Source: Bugula neritina | Taxonomy: Eukaryota > Animalia > Bryozoa | DNA: 64,000 nucleotides | Assembly (NCBI GenBank): GCA_964035545.1 | Contig: OZ037772.1 | Location: 868,001-932,000, forward strand | Direction: 5' to 3' | Shown here: positions 9,843 to 24,537 of the stretch, in pieces | Layout: each line of letters begins with the position of its first letter | Position numbering within the stretch: position 1 is the first letter of the stretch | Notes under the pieces: generated by a model | Databases searched by the model: none | Told to the model about the DNA's origin: nothing | The model's input: only the letters and a program-made list of their open reading frames with translations | Position numbers and translations under genes: made by a program

Positions 9843-12800
9843 ATGGCAGAATCCAGAGTTGTGAAAAAAAGACTAAACAATTCGTATCGCTGTGGGTACT
9901 GCTCGCAGTACTTCAACAAACTTGAAGATCCCAGAACTCTGCCCTGTCTGCATGTGTACTGCATGAGATGTTTGAAGACTGACATCGGTGGTAGGAAGGA
10001 TCATATCAGATGTGCTTATTGTAGGTGAGTTACAGTACATAACACAATATATCATGTCATAGGCTTGCATATGATTTTCTCTCTATCATCTAGGAGTTGT
10101 CTGATGTATGTCTATGAAAAGCAAACAATACTGTATATTCTATGTGAACTCTGGTTACTAACTTGTGGAGTGTGTGGATATCTTTTCATTAGGTAGAGAA
10201 AGTAGCTGTTATGTAGATTGCACCATCAGCTGTCTTCTCTTGTTGAATTGTGGTACTGTTGGATGTCATGGGATTGGGGTTGTCTCCTCATTATATTACT
10301 TTGTTCTCATACAGTACAAGACTTGATAGAGCAACCTTTTTCATATCATCCCCACTTTCATAAATGTTTACTATTAATTATCCCCTCTTTAAAAAACGAA
10401 AAAATTTATGACTGACATAATGATAATATAGATTACAATGCAATATTTTTCCTATTACATTTGAATATAATATAATTGTTTCTGATAATTATATTATGCA
10501 TGTATAAAACACAGAGCAGTTCAATTATTAATATTATGGCTGCAGCTGATGACATTGTGTCAGCTTGCTTTCAAACCTCCCACCACAACCCTTAAACCCC
10601 AACCCGAATATTGAAATTAAAAACACATTCATGTAGAAGTAGACTGAGATGGCAGAATTGGTTAAATAGATAAGCTAAGATGAATGCTTATAGATATACA
10701 TGTACATGTAACTTGCAAGAGCTCAAAAGTCTTTAACAAACTGCTTGAAATTTTCAAAATCGAAATCCAGGCTCCCCCTAAAAAGCCCAAATTCCCTCTT
10801 ATAGGGGGATTCTCCCAGGTTGGGAACCACTGTGTTGAATTGACTTGTGTTTACTATCTTCTTTCCTGTGATTATAAACATGTATGATGTTGTCATGACA
10901 ACACAGTTGCTGTGGCACAAAGTACAGTTTACTAGTATGTAGTGATTGTGTAGTGAGAGTGGAGTGTCTGGTTATTGTCCATGGTTATGTGTAATCTGTA
11001 AGGAGTAGAATTATATTATTTTAATATAATGTTGAGAGAGGTACTTTTATAATGGCAGTTTGCTCAATAGCTTTAGTTCTAATGCGATAGACTCATAACT
11101 CTGGAGTCTAGCAGCTGTTACTATTACCACTAGCTGTTCAAAATTCTGCCAACATCCGGGCTGCCAAAGCATAATAGCCATTGACATTAAGGCCAAGCAG
11201 TCACTGGGAAATTATTTGACTAAAGAGCAGGTCTTATGACAATTAGTAGTCAGCCCCTTAGACAGGAAACAGTGATTCTGTGACCTATTTAGTTAAATCC
11301 AATGCTGAACTTTTGATTGATTATTAGACGGCCATCACAATTTTATTTGGTAGTGAGTTGTACAATATAATATTATGGGGTGCCAATCAGTGTCTAATAT
11401 AGTCTGTGAATTGAGTGTCTCCTTTAGCTTTGATGAGTTGATTACTTCTTCTACCATCAGTCAGTTGTATTGAGTGTTACTTGGTACTGAGTGATGAATA
11501 GTGTTAAGGATTTGGGCCTCTATTATGCCAACCCCCCCTCCCTCTGACTTAGACTGTGACCCAACCTGCTGCACATACATAGTAGTACTACACTGAAGAT
11601 AGTCAACATGTGTATATATCATATACATATATATATAACATAATTATATATATACATGCATATATCATCTTACTAGTAATGGATTACTAAGTACAAGTTA
11701 TCCTATGACTCACTCTTCTTATGCTAGCTGCACGAGATAGGCAACACTCACACGTGACACGCACTCACAGTGCACTAGCTCTTGACACATTGCCAAGGAT
11801 GATGAAATGACAGTTTCGAGCCACTCCTAGCAGTTAGAGTGACAGGGAATAGTTGTAGTATGTTGTAGTATTGGCTCTTCAGAATTCACCCCTCAGTAAT
11901 TAGTTGCATTGCACAAACTTGCAACAATAGTGAATAATTATTGACAATATGGCCTCCACTCAGTAGTTAACTAGTAATTTGTCTTGTCATTTTACTCTAC
12001 AAGTTACAGTTGAGTCTATTTGTTGAGTAGCAGTTCTTTGTCATGAGTGACTATTTTCTAGCATATTAGGTACATAATATAGTCAAGTGTGTTTGTGTGA
12101 TAGCCTGTGGTCTATATAATGAATGTGTGTTGATGAGTGATGAGTATTTATTTGAGTATTTGTCAAGGACACAGCTGTGTGTGTAGATGGAGTATTTCAT
12201 TACTTGAGATATACTAAACACAGCTAACACAGGTAACATACTGATTGCTATATATTGTAGGAAAGATCACTATGACATCACAGATCCCACAACACTACCA
12301 GTAGCTCAGCATGGAGACCCCTTAGAATACAAGTCTCCACCCAAACCGGCACCCATTCCCTGCGATGTGTGTAAAGGTGGAACACAAGCTGCTGTGTTTT
12401 GTCTTGAGAGTCAAAAGAAATTGTGTCAGCAGCATCAAGAAGTGAGTCTTTCTTATATAATTTCTCAAGATTAGTTACGAAACCAGTTCTGGTTTGTGTG
12501 TAGAATATTATTGAAAAGAAATGTTGAGTCTGTGTGACTTTTTATACCAAACACACAGTTTCACAGTGCAGTGAGTCAACTATGACAGACTTGTTGGTGA
12601 AAATACAACCAACTAAACTGTTGACCTTTATTATACAGAATCACAGAGAGCTGATGGGAGATAGACATCAGTTTATTGACATTGAGGTCTACAGAGCTTC
12701 TCCCCAAAGATATACTATAACTGAATGTGAACATCATAAACAGGAACAGCTGACAGAAGTGTGTTCCAAGTGTCACCAGATATTCTGTATGAGATGTGAT

Positions 12801-15800
12801 ATGAGGACTGGCTGTAAGGATAAGACAGGTATTTACTTGCTGTTTCTATTTCTGTAGAGAGAAACTGAGAAATGTTACAAGAACCTGTTATTTATTATTT
12901 TATTATTAAAGTGAGTTATGTAACAGTATAAGAGGAAGTAAGTTGGTCAGCATTAAGGTTTGTGTGAGACAGAAGTGGATAGTGCAGGAGTTTATATTCT
13001 CACTGTTATGTTGAATATTTAGTATATTTCATCCTTCAAGTGTCTGTTTCCTTGATAAGATGGTATAGGCATAGCTTTAACTCAGTGGTGTCCTAAATTC
13101 TTCATACCATATCCCCCTTCTTATAAATATTTTCTATAAAGTGTCCCCTTTTGATAACATTGTAATTTATTTATAAAGAAAATCTAGAACAGATTTTTTT
13201 TCCTAATAATTCATTGAGTGTAGGAAAAGGCCAGCGTGTTTGACATGGACCAGTGTCTGCCACAACTTCAGTTCAGCTTTGAAAGCATTGATGCTGGTAT
13301 TAAAAGCAGTGAGTTGATGATTATACTCATTCATTTTAGGTTCAGAGTTTTTAGTACAGCAAATATAACTACTAGGTATGCAGTAAATAGTTTATAGAGA
13401 TCAGTTTGACTGACTGCAAAAACTTGCTGTTGGTTTTTACTTTCAAGAAGCTTTTTAACCTCCATTCGTAGTAGGAGGGGTAGCAGCTAGAGTAGAAAAG
13501 GAAAAGGCACTTTGTGTTTGACATGGACCAGTGTCTGCCACAACTTCAGTTTAGTTATAGTTATACATATACATGTAACCTGGAAAACAAAGCAAGAGGT
13601 CAAAGAGCTGGTAAACTGTGTGAATTTTTTAGAAATGAAACCCCTAAAAAGCCTAAATTCCCTGCAAAGGGGAAATTCCACTAAGGTTGGGAGCCACTGC
13701 TTTAACTTTTCCAATTATATTATTCCAAGTGCAGTGAATAATGAGCTAACCTGTGACATCTTTCTAGTCCAAGTCCAACTGTCTAGTTATTACATAGTAT
13801 GTGTATATAGTGAGACATCATCAACCTGTAGTTACAGGTAGTAGGTGTAGAATAAGTACAATGTCATATCTATAATAATGTTTTTATGAATAGTGTGATT
13901 TTATGTATACAGAGGAGACAGTAGCATCCCATGACTTGGCATCTTTGAGTGATTTGTCTTGTGAGTTACGAGAAAGTCTGGCAGGTGGAATAGAGACTCT
14001 GTCTGAGAAAGTTGCAGAGTTGAATGACATCTCAAAGGATGCCTGGAAAGAACTGAGTAAAATAGAAGATGAAGTGAAGAAGATGGTTGCCAGAGTAAAC
14101 GCTGTAGCTGATGCTCAGGTATGCTGACATGGTGATGTCATTTAGTGTATTTCTGTTTGTCTGAAATTGGAATTTGCATTTGGTCTTTGAGTTGTAAATA
14201 GAAATGAATTTCATTTGCCACTAGAATTAACTAACAATTAAAGCATTATTATTCTGTGTACAAGTAGCAGTAGTCATACATCACATGTTACTCAGTGCAG
14301 AGGAACCTGTCAATACAGATGACTCACTCATCCTTCTGCAACTGTCAATCACTCACACAGGGAAGTTGGCTGTGTGAGTGATTGACAGGTGTCAGGAGGA
14401 GGAGACTAGTCACGTGATGTACTAGCTCTCTGCTGTGTATAGAGTGTCACGTGACTCGGTCATTGTCCACTCAGTGGGTGATCTGTTATTTTCATTTCAA
14501 GTGCAGAGGTTGTGAGGTGCAGATGTGGTTACACTGTGTTACTATTTATTAGATAGCAGAGATTAGAAAGAGAGCTACAAACCTGAGGCTAGAAATATAT
14601 GGATATTTGAAGAGCTGCACACAGATAGTGGATAATTATAGAATAGAGCTGGCCTTGAGTAAGACAATGGGCAGACAGTCTCTGCTGGACACAGTACAAC
14701 ATGCAGTTGATAAGTTCAATGATGCAGGGATTGTGAGAGACTACAAAGAGATGAGTGAGAAGGTGGAAAAGGCTACAGATATTGGTGTAATAGAGAAGTG
14801 TGTACTTCCAGACAGCATCTTGGTACCAACATGTAGGTGGAGTCTATAAATAGTAACACTAACTATAAATAACTTTCTGCTTGTAATCAGTTGAGTTGCT
14901 TTCACTAAATATTTAAATAGTAGAATAAGTAGATAGAGTTTATTTATTAGAGAATTGAGTTTTGTTCTACTCTCACATTATGAGACATTTCTGCAATGTT
15001 TCAGAGTTTATGATGTATAAGTGAGCTGCTAAACTGTGTTATGCTGACTACCTGCTGTCAGTATTAACAAGATATTCTCACTTAGACCTGTGCATCACGT
15101 AGCAACTTGTAGTAACTACAGACTGCTTGTATTTAAAACATTTTTTTATTTTAAGTTTGAAAAGCTGTTCCCTACTTCTTCAGGTGATGAGATTCTCAAG
15201 TTATAGAATTGTTATTTTGTTGTTGCAGACAGTGAAGACAGTCTGGGACTGAAGCTGCTGCAGCCACCATCTTCTCTGCAGTCTGATGGACTTCCTGTAC
15301 GTGACTTTTGTGTCTCAGTAAACATCTCAGCTGATGGACATGTGATGTGTAAGACAATAGAATGTGTAAAAGTAATAAATAGAGAGACTCTGGGTACTAT
15401 CAGCTCAGTGAAACGCACCAACACTACATGGTGGTGGGAAGAGATAATCCAACCTGAAGGGGTGATGGTTGGCTGCTGGTATAACTGGGAGGAGAAAACA
15501 GCTGAATTCTTACTTCTTGATCCGAACTCCTTTGAGAAGACTCGCTCTCTCTACAAGCAGCCATTAGGTGTACTCATCTTCACTTCCTATAGAATAGCTC
15601 AGCACGACTCACTGCTCTGTATTGTAGACAGGAGAGAGAAACAGCTGGTAGTCTGTAATCTAGTTGACAATAAAATACAGAAGTTCCCACTTCCTGAGAT
15701 GAAGTTCCCTCTACCTGTATGCATCCTCCCAGACTCAACTCTCCTCATAGGAGACCGTACTGCAGATGGTGCAGTGAGAAGATATAAAGTAGAAAACACA

Positions 15801-17062
15801 ACTCTCTCTCTAATGTGGGAGTTTCCTCACATCTCACAACCAACTGGTATTTCCTTTGATCCAACATCTGAACTGATTCACATCTGTACAAGGGAAGGAC
15901 CTCTCCTCATCCTCTCACTTGAAGGTAAATACTCTGTTTATTATAGTAAGTTTAGTTATTTTATATATAATTATGTTGCAGTAAATAATATATTTTAATA
16001 ATTAACAGTAAACAACTTCCACTCATAAGATATATAATGATATTGTTAGTATTTATCAAGTCACTGATGTTATTTTTAGCTAAAAGTTATGTAATAAAGA
16101 CTGTAACATGCTGATAGTAGATGTTATATTCTTCATCACATGACTTGTAGCTAATAATAATATTAGTGAATAATACTGTCTCCTTGCAATAAGTTTATTT
16201 CCAGCTGCAGTAACATGCAGGATGTAAGCACAGGTAAAAGTGTATATTATACTGTATAGGTTTAAGGTGTACTCTGTGTAGTGTGCAGTGAGCTCTTAGT
16301 AAACTCTCTATTCAGTCTTCCTTTCCAAGGGTTCACCTGGTAGTGTAGAGGATAGGGACTCCACACTGCTAAGTGAGTTGGTGCTGCAAGGGGTTCAAAC
16401 CCACCCATCAGCATGTCTAGTTAGTATACTATGCAAGTGTTTTACACTAATTTTAGAGGTGCTCAGTCTAACAACTGTACAGACTGCCAGCTACACATGA
16501 GTTATGAGTTGTAGTTTGACTTCAGTCTAGTGCTGCTGTTGTTTTGGTCATCAGATAATTTAAAAATGAATAATTTGATACTTTTTGACTGCCATTACTG
16601 AGACTATTGTAATTTGATGATGGTTGGTAGAGCAGTGTTTGCTGGTGGGACTCAGGTGGCTGTGGTTGGTTCTTGTCAAGTATTTAATATGTGATAATGT
16701 TGGAGTAGCTGCAGTATTATTAGAAGTAGACATGTGGGTGTGTACTTGCTCAGAGCCACAGGCTAAGTTTGTGGGTCAAGGTCAATACAGTTGTATAATG
16801 AGATACTATTTTCTGCTGTTTGAGTATTTACTTCATGCATGTAACCTGCTGAGTTCCATCTTTAAAGGCAGTCTGTCTGTTTCTCTCAATACACACCAAC
16901 TGATACAATATGATGCTATTATTTACAGGTCAACTGGTGCTTACTGTTCCCAGAGAAAGTCTTGGTGTGAGTGCCGAGGTGTGGGACATTGCTGTGTATA
17001 ACAAAGACACAGTGTTTTTAGCATGTGGAGACGGACTGAGGAGATACACAATAAAATACTAA
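9843..17062 (+). CDS. TRIM-family E3 ubiquitin ligase (RING, B-box, B-box, coiled coil, NHL-like beta-propeller), about 622 aa; exons 9843-10024, 12261-12441, 12639-12828, 13913-14118, 14553-14832, 15229-15924, 16929-17062
   Basis: C3HC4 RING (CGYC..PCLHVYCMRC..CAYC), B-box-like CDVC..FCLES..LCQQH and CEHH..CSKC..FCMRC; all GT-AG phases consistent, total 1869 nt, no internal stops; AATAAA at 17240-17245. Confidence 0.88.
10684..10831. mobile_element. hAT (Charlie/Buster-like) MITE terminal fragment
   Basis: Ends ...GGTTGGGAACCACTG; similar to the ends at 13560-13699 and 59780-59919. Confidence 0.65.
13083..13699. mobile_element. Non-autonomous hAT element (MITE) in a TRIM intron
   Basis: CAGTGG...CCACTG termini with a perfect 8-bp TSD CTTTAACT (13075-13082, 13700-13707). 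Confidence 0.88.
16335..16460 (+). mobile_element. Degenerate tRNA-derived SINE-like head
   Basis: A-box-like TAGTGTAGAGG (16341-16351) and B-box GGTTCAAACCC (16392-16402); no clean cloverleaf. Confidence 0.4.
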
Positions 17063-17782
17063 ACTTATCAGCTACAGTTTACTAATAATCAGCTCAGTGA
17101 GGTACTGAGAGATAAAATGGATAATATTTGTCATCAACATAATTATATTCATTACAATTCATCAATACACACACTCTGTAATTATAGTTGGATATGAGAT
17201 GTTTTACTGTATCAAATATATGTTGCTATTTTACCATCTAATAAAGTTTATTTGTTAGTGAAAACATAGTCTGTTTTCATGCCTCATTAGCTTTAGTTCA
17301 AGTTGAGTTTGGTTAGTAAAAATAATCTATACTGGAGCAGTAACTGTAAATGACTTGTTTGTGGGAGAATTTATTCACTGAATTGACATGCAGGTGCAAG
17401 TACCTCCAACATGACTAAGTAAATTTATTCCAACCATTCATAATAATATACATTCCATTGCTGTGTACAACAGCATTGAGTAGCCAATCAAATTGTTTCT
17501 TGTCACGCAATCAGGAATCTGATAAATAATATATAAGGCAATCAACTAGATATAAACACTGTATTACTCTACACATGAGCTGTCTATGATACAGCTGTTT
17601 TGTAAACTGTGTGTAATTTGATGAGTTTAGTTCAATTGGTTGCAGTTTAATTATGACATGTTCCCCATTCACCTGGTAGAAATACCTTGTGTGCACAGAC
17701 AAGTTGTAATGACTAACAGAAACTTTTTCAGTAGGTTCCAGTTCATCTTGAATATAGTACAGCTTGTTGTCATTTGGTCTCC

Positions 17783-18557
17783 ATAGTATTGATGGTACAC
17801 TACCTTGTTTGGCCTCAATAGTATTGATAGTATACTACCTTGTTTGGCCTCAATAGTATTGATGGTAGACTACCTTGTTTAGCCTCACTAGTATTGATGG
17901 TACACTACCTTGTCTGGCCTTAATATTATAGATGGTATATTACCTTGTTTGGCTTCAATAGTATTGATGGTAGACTACGTTGTTTAGCCTCAATAGTATT
18001 GATGGTACACTACCTTGTCTGGCCTTAATATTATAGATGGTACATTACCTTGTTTGGCCTCAATAGTATTGATGGTATACTACCTTGTTTGGCCTCAATA
18101 GTATTGATGGTAGACTACCTTGTTTGGCCTCAATAATATTGATAGTATACTACCTTGTTTGGCCTCAATAGTATTGATGGTAGACTACGTTGTTTAGCCT
18201 CACTAGTATTGATGGTACACTACCTTGTCTGGCCTTAATATTATAGATGGTACATTACCTTGTTTGGCCTCAATAGTATTGATGGTATACTACCTTGTTT
18301 GGCCTCAATAGTATTGATGGTAGACTACCTTGTTTGGCCTCAATAATGTTGATAGTATACTACCTTGTTTGGCCTCAATAGTATTGATGGTAGACTACCT
18401 TGTTTAGCCTCACTAGTATTGATGGTAGACTACCTTGTCTGGCCTTAATATTATAGATGGTACATTACCTTGTTTGGCCTCAATAGTATTGGTGGTAGAC
18501 TACCTTGTTTGGCCTTAATAGCATTGATGGTACACTACCTTGTTTGGCCTCAATAGT
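17783..18557. repeat. 35-bp minisatellite, about 22 copies
   Basis: Unit ATAGTATTGATGGTACACTACCTTGTTTGGCCTCA. Confidence 0.95.
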
Positions 18558-19997
18558 CTTGCTAACAGCACAACTTACAAGATTCAACTAATTTAACTTG
18601 TTGAGATTTACATGAATATAATACATATGAAATGTGAAAATAGCATTAAAAGTCAAGCAAGGAATTCACATGTTGACACAATTATATACTTTCACTTGAA
18701 GGTAAGCTTGATGAACCAATATGAACTGTTCACAGAGTTTACTGTGTAGGATTTGCACCTAGAATATTTAGTTACATCAGAGCTAAGTGAAAAATCTAAC
18801 AGTTGATTTATTCTGTTGAAAGTTAATGTGTTGAGTATTGATCTTATTACCCAACTTCACCCTTTTTACTGTAGAGTTTGTTGATGTAAGTTCACTTAAT
18901 TAAACTATCCTCATGCAAGGGGTGGGGTGGAATATTATTGTGAATTTATGCTTTACTTGTTATTATAGGGTCTATTTAGGCAAAGCTATTTCACCAGGTT
19001 TGTGATTGCTAACACTTTATTCTATTTATTTCAAGATACTAATAAAACTGTACAACTATCAAAAACACGTTCCATAATAAGGGAGAGAATATACAAGACT
19101 TTACAATAACAATTCCAAGTGCTCTCTGCCTGCTAGTCAAATAGACTAGGGCCCACTACAAGTATTTAGCTCCGCCTACTACTAATTATTAACAGTCACT
19201 GATTGGCCATCACGATGGCACCATCACACTAGTTGATCTGCATGCTGCAAAATGCATCATGTCCTCTAGTTAAAGTGTGTGCATGGAGTTGTCCTTTCGA
19301 TATAATAACATAATGTACAAAATCTCTACAATATGTCATCTGGGATATCTGTATGATAAACTTAACCAATCAACTAGCAGCATCTTCACTATTTAATGAA
19401 ATTATCAAACTATATTATTCAACTGTAACATTATCCTAGTGAAACCTCTTATCTGTTCCTCCTATTCACTAATCATCAAATTATTCTCCTCTACCAAATC
19501 AATACATTGTGCAGACTCCATACTCAATCTCCTCTACATACAGTTTATATTCTAGCTATCAGAGTCATGATTCTACATCACATGAATGTTCTCTACTTTA
19601 ACAAGAGAATAGCCAACTATAAAAACCTGCTATAGCACACAATATAGCAACCTGTTATAACATGACATACAGTACATCAATATTCATTCACTACACAAAA
19701 TATCTCAATACACATAACAACTGGAGCTGCTGAAGTTCAATGGCTTATACAAGTTGAATTGAACAAAACACTACGTTGTTCTTCAGCATATCAACTAGTA
19801 TGAGTAGTGTGGAGAGATCTTTTATATATATAAAAACTTGTGTTTGAAGGAAATATTAAATTATATTATTCCTCTTAGCATCACATGTAGCATGAATATC
19901 AACTTATAGTTAGTGAGTTACTAGAAGTTTCTTTGTAACGGAATCCAGTCCGGGTTCCCCTGCAGTTCCATCTCAACGAGTCTGGCCTGAGCTGAGG

Positions 19998-20304
19998 TCA
20001 CCGCATGATGACATCATTCACTAGGTTCTTCTTGGTGTCTGGAAATTTTCCACCAGTTACTCCAGTGACTGAAAGTGAAGCACTAATACCAGTGACACGT
20101 CTCATACTCACTTGCTGAGTCATTGTGATTATTAGTTGATGACTTAATGTTTTAGTGAAGTTATAGTTATAGTTAACTTATAGTCCTACTGACACTAATA
20201 GCTAATGTGCCATTCAGTCTCATCTTCACTCTCAGTAATTGTAATACTGATAGTAAGACTAACTAACGTCTAATGCTAAGTTCAACTACTAATTATTACA
20301 CTTC

Positions 20305-20336
<32 letters not shown>

Positions 20337-20630
20337 CTAGTAGTAATGAGAGTACCAGTAGTAGTACTAGTAGCGTTAGTAGTAATGGGAGTACTAGTAG
20401 TAGTAATGGGAGTACTAGTAGTAGTAGCAGTAGTAGTGGTAGTACTAGTAGTAGTAGCAGTAGTAGTGGCAGCAGCAGTAGCAGCAGCAGTAGCAGTAGT
20501 AGTAATGAGAGTGCCAGTAGTAGTAGTAGTAGTAGTAGTACTAGTAGTGGTAGTACTAGTAGTGGTAGTAGTAGTAGTAGTAGTAGTAGTAGTACTACTA
20601 GTGGTAGTGGTAGTAGTAGTAGTAGTAGTG

Positions 20631-20667
<37 letters not shown>

Positions 20668-22225
20668 CAGCAGCAGTAGCAGCAGCAGTAGTAGTAGTAG
20701 CAGTAGTAGTAATGAGAGTACCAGTAGTAGTAGTAGCAGCAGTAGCAGTAGTAGTAGAGGTAGTAGTAGTAACAGTAGAGGTAGTAGTAGTAGTGTAGTA
20801 GTAGTAGTGGTAGTAGTAGTAGCAGCAGTAGTAGTAGTGGTAGTAGTAGTAGCAGCAGTAGTAGTAGCAGTAGTAGCAGTAGTAGTACTAGTAGTAATGA
20901 GAGTACAAGTAGTAGTAGTAGTAGTAGTAGTAGCAGTAGTAGTAGAGGTAGTAGTAGTAGTGTAGTAGTAGTACTAGTAGTAGTAGTAGTAGCAGTAGTA
21001 CTAGTAGTACCAGTAGTAGTGGTGGTAGTAGTAGTAATGGTAGTGGTAGTAGTAGTAGTAGTAGTACCAGTAGTAGTACCAGTAGCAGTACTAGTAGCAG
21101 TACTAGTAGTAGTACCAGTAGCAGCAGTAGCAGTAGTAGTAGTAGTAGTGGTAGTAGTAGTAGCAGCAGTAGTAGTAGTAGCAGTAGTAGCAGTAGTAGT
21201 ACTAGTAGTAATGAGAGTACCAGTAGTAGTAGTAGTAGTAGTAGTAGCAGTAGTAGTAGAGGTAGTAGTAGTAGTGTAGTAGTAGTACTAGTAGTAATGA
21301 GAGTACCAGTAGTTGTAGTAGTAGTAGTAGTAGTACTAGTAGTAGTAGTGGTGGTAGTAGTGGTAGTAGTAGTAGTAGTAGTAGTGTAGTAGTAGTAGTG
21401 GTAGTGGTAGTAGTAGTAGTAGTAGTGGCAGCAGCAGTAGCAGCAGCAGCAGTAGTAGTAGCAGTAGTAGTAATGAGAGTACCAGTAGTAGTAGTAGCAG
21501 CAGTAGCAGTAGTAGTACTAGTAGCAGTAGTAGTAGTAGTAGAGGTAGTAGTAGTAGTAGTAGTACTAGTAGTAATGAGAGTACCAGTAGTAGTGGTGGT
21601 AGTAGTAGTACCAGTAGCAGTACTAGTAGCAGTACTAGTAGTAGTACCAGTAGCAGCAGTAGCAGTAGTAGTAGTAGTGGCAGCAGCAGTAGCAGCAGCA
21701 GTAGTAGTAGTAGCAGTAGTAGTAATGAGAGTACCAGTAGTAGTAGTAGCAGCAGTAGCAGTAGTAGTAGTAGTACTAGTAGTGGTAGTACTAGTAGTGG
21801 TAGTAGTAGTAGTAGTAGTAGTACTAGTAGTAGTAGTGGTGGTAGTAGTGGTAGTAGTAGTAGTAGTAGTAGCAGCAGCAGTAGTAGTAGCAGTAGTAGT
21901 AATGAGAGTACCAGTAGTAGTAGTAGCAGCAGTAGCAGTAGTAGTAGTAGTACTAGTAGTGGTAGTACTAGTAGTGGTAGTAGTAGTAGTAGTAGTAGTA
22001 CTAGTAGTAGTAGTGGTGGTAGTAGTGGTAGTAGTAGTAGTAGTAGTAGCAGCAGCAGTAGTAGTAGCAGTAGTAGTAATGAGAGTACCAGTAGTAGTAG
22101 TAGCAGCAGCAGTAGTAGTACTAGTAGTAATGATAGTACCAGTAGTAGTAGTAGTAGTAGTAGTAGTAGCAGTAGTACTAGTAGCAGTAGTAGTAGTAGT
22201 ACTAGTAGTGGTAGTACTAGTAGTG

Positions 22226-22265
<40 letters not shown>

Positions 22266-24381
22266 CAGTAGTAGTAGATGGAGGTTACCAATTCTGTCAC
22301 TCTTGCAGGTCAACATACAACTCTACAGGAAACTAAAGACAACAGAACGGGGCTGACAAATCAACCAATCAAATTATAAATAAAGAGGAACTCATGACTC
22401 ACTCTGTCCAGATGGTGTCGGTAAATGAGGCCATTTTTGTTCACCCAAAACGTGTTGAATCCATCTTTTTTACTACAAAACAATCATGTGACCATCATCA
22501 TGTGACCAACTCCATATTATTGCAGAAAGCAGTAGAAAGTGTTAAACTTGCGAAGTACAAGTAGCCATGTTGGAGGAATCTACTAGCAGAAAGGGACTCA
22601 CATGAAGTTTTTCCTCGTCTCCTCCACGAAACCGTCTTTCTTGTTGTACGTGAAGAGGTTCCACTTCCAGAACATGAGGGCTCTCCACTGGGACACGCCC
22701 CTCATTGTCCACCTGTTGGGAAGTAATATATCTTCTTTATACTGTAATATATCCTCTCTATACTGTAATATATACTCTCTATACTGTAATATATACTCTC
22801 TATACTGTAATATATCCACTCTACACTGTAATATATCCTCTCTACACTGTAATATATCCTCTCTACACTGTAATATATCTTCTCTATACTGTAATATATA
22901 CTCTCTCTACTGTAATATATCCTCTCTACACTGTAATATATCCTCTCTACACTGTAATATATACTCTCTCTACTGTAATATATCCTCTCTATACTGTAAT
23001 ATATCCTCTCTACACTGTAATATATCCTCTCTACACTGTAATATATCCTTTCTATACTGTAATATATCCTCTCTACACTGTAATATATCCTTTCTATACT
23101 GTAATATATCCTCTCTACACTGTAATATATACTCTCTATACTGTAATATATACTCTCTACACTGTAATATATCCTTTCTATACTGTAATATATCCTTTCT
23201 ATACTGTAATATATCCTCTCTATACTGTAATATATCCTCTCTATACTGTAACATATCCTCTCTATACTGTAATATATCATCTCTATACTGTAATATATCC
23301 TCTCTATACTGTAATATATACTCTCTATACTGTAATATATACTCTCTATACTGTAATATATACTCTCTATACTGTAATATATACTCTCTACACTGTAATA
23401 TATCCTTTCTATACTGTAATATATCCTTTCTATACTGTAATATATCCTCTCTATACTGTAATATATCCTCTCTATACTGTAATATATCCTCTCTATACTG
23501 TAACATATCCTCTCTATACTGTAATATATCATCTCTATACTGTAACATATCTTCTCTATACTGTAATATATCCTCTCTATACTGTAATATATCCTTTCTA
23601 TACTGTAATATATCCTCTCTATACTGTAATATATCCTCTCTATACTGTAATATATCCTCTCTATACTGTAATATATCATCTCTATACTGTAATATATCCT
23701 CTCTATACTGTAATATATCTTCTCTACACTGTAATATAAATACTCTCTATACTGTAATATATACTCTCTACACTGTAATATATACTCTCTACACTGATTA
23801 TTATACCTGACTTTAATGGCCCCCGTCATCAGGGTGAGATGAAATGTTAATTATGTATAGATTTACGTCTGCGTACAGCAGATTGCAGAGTAACCTCAGC
23901 TTTGTGAGTTGCATCGCATACTTGGCTATTCCCCTGAAACAGTGAGTGAGAGAGTAAAGACTCAGGCTACACGTGGGAATACTGCAGACATAATATGACA
24001 GAGTTGTACATATAAAACAAGTATACATTGTATGTACCTATAGTACAAGGCATATACATTGTATGTACCTATAGTACAAAGCACATAGTACAAGACGTAA
24101 GTACATGCAATATACACTCACTTGAAAGTCTTATTTTTGCCGGTGAAGTTGTTCTCGAACACAAGGTCTGTGGTGTAGTGATTGTAGTAGTGAACCGATG
24201 ACTTGAAGAACACAGGAAACTACAGAAAGAAGAGATCAGCATCAACAGTAGCAACTACATGCCTTGACAGAGTAACTGAGTTACCAGAGAGAGTGAGAGG
24301 GAGGGGGAGAGGGAGGGGCAGAGGGAGGGGGAGAGAGAGAGAGGGAAGGAGAGAGAGAGAGAGGGAGAGAGAGAGAGAGGG

Positions 24382-24480
<99 letters not shown>

Positions 24481-24505
24481 GAGGGAGAGAGATGGAGAGA
24501 GATGG

Positions 24506-24537
<32 letters not shown>

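Noticed and set aside
16335-16410. Possible tRNA gene
   Set aside because: A and B boxes are present but there is no acceptor or anticodon stem pairing; kept only as a SINE-like relic.
17783-18557. 35-bp repeats of CRISPR-like length
   Set aside because: Head-to-tail with no unique spacers, no cas genes, eukaryotic context.
20273-22336. Long poly-Ser, poly-Val and poly-Leu ORFs
   Set aside because: Translations of an (AGT)n microsatellite; no evidence of coding.
22602-23829. ORFs of 190-400 aa made of heptad repeats (YCNISSL, YTVIYPL, IYYSIER)
   Set aside because: A 21-bp array open in several frames by chance, lying inside a GT-AG intron of the - strand gene.
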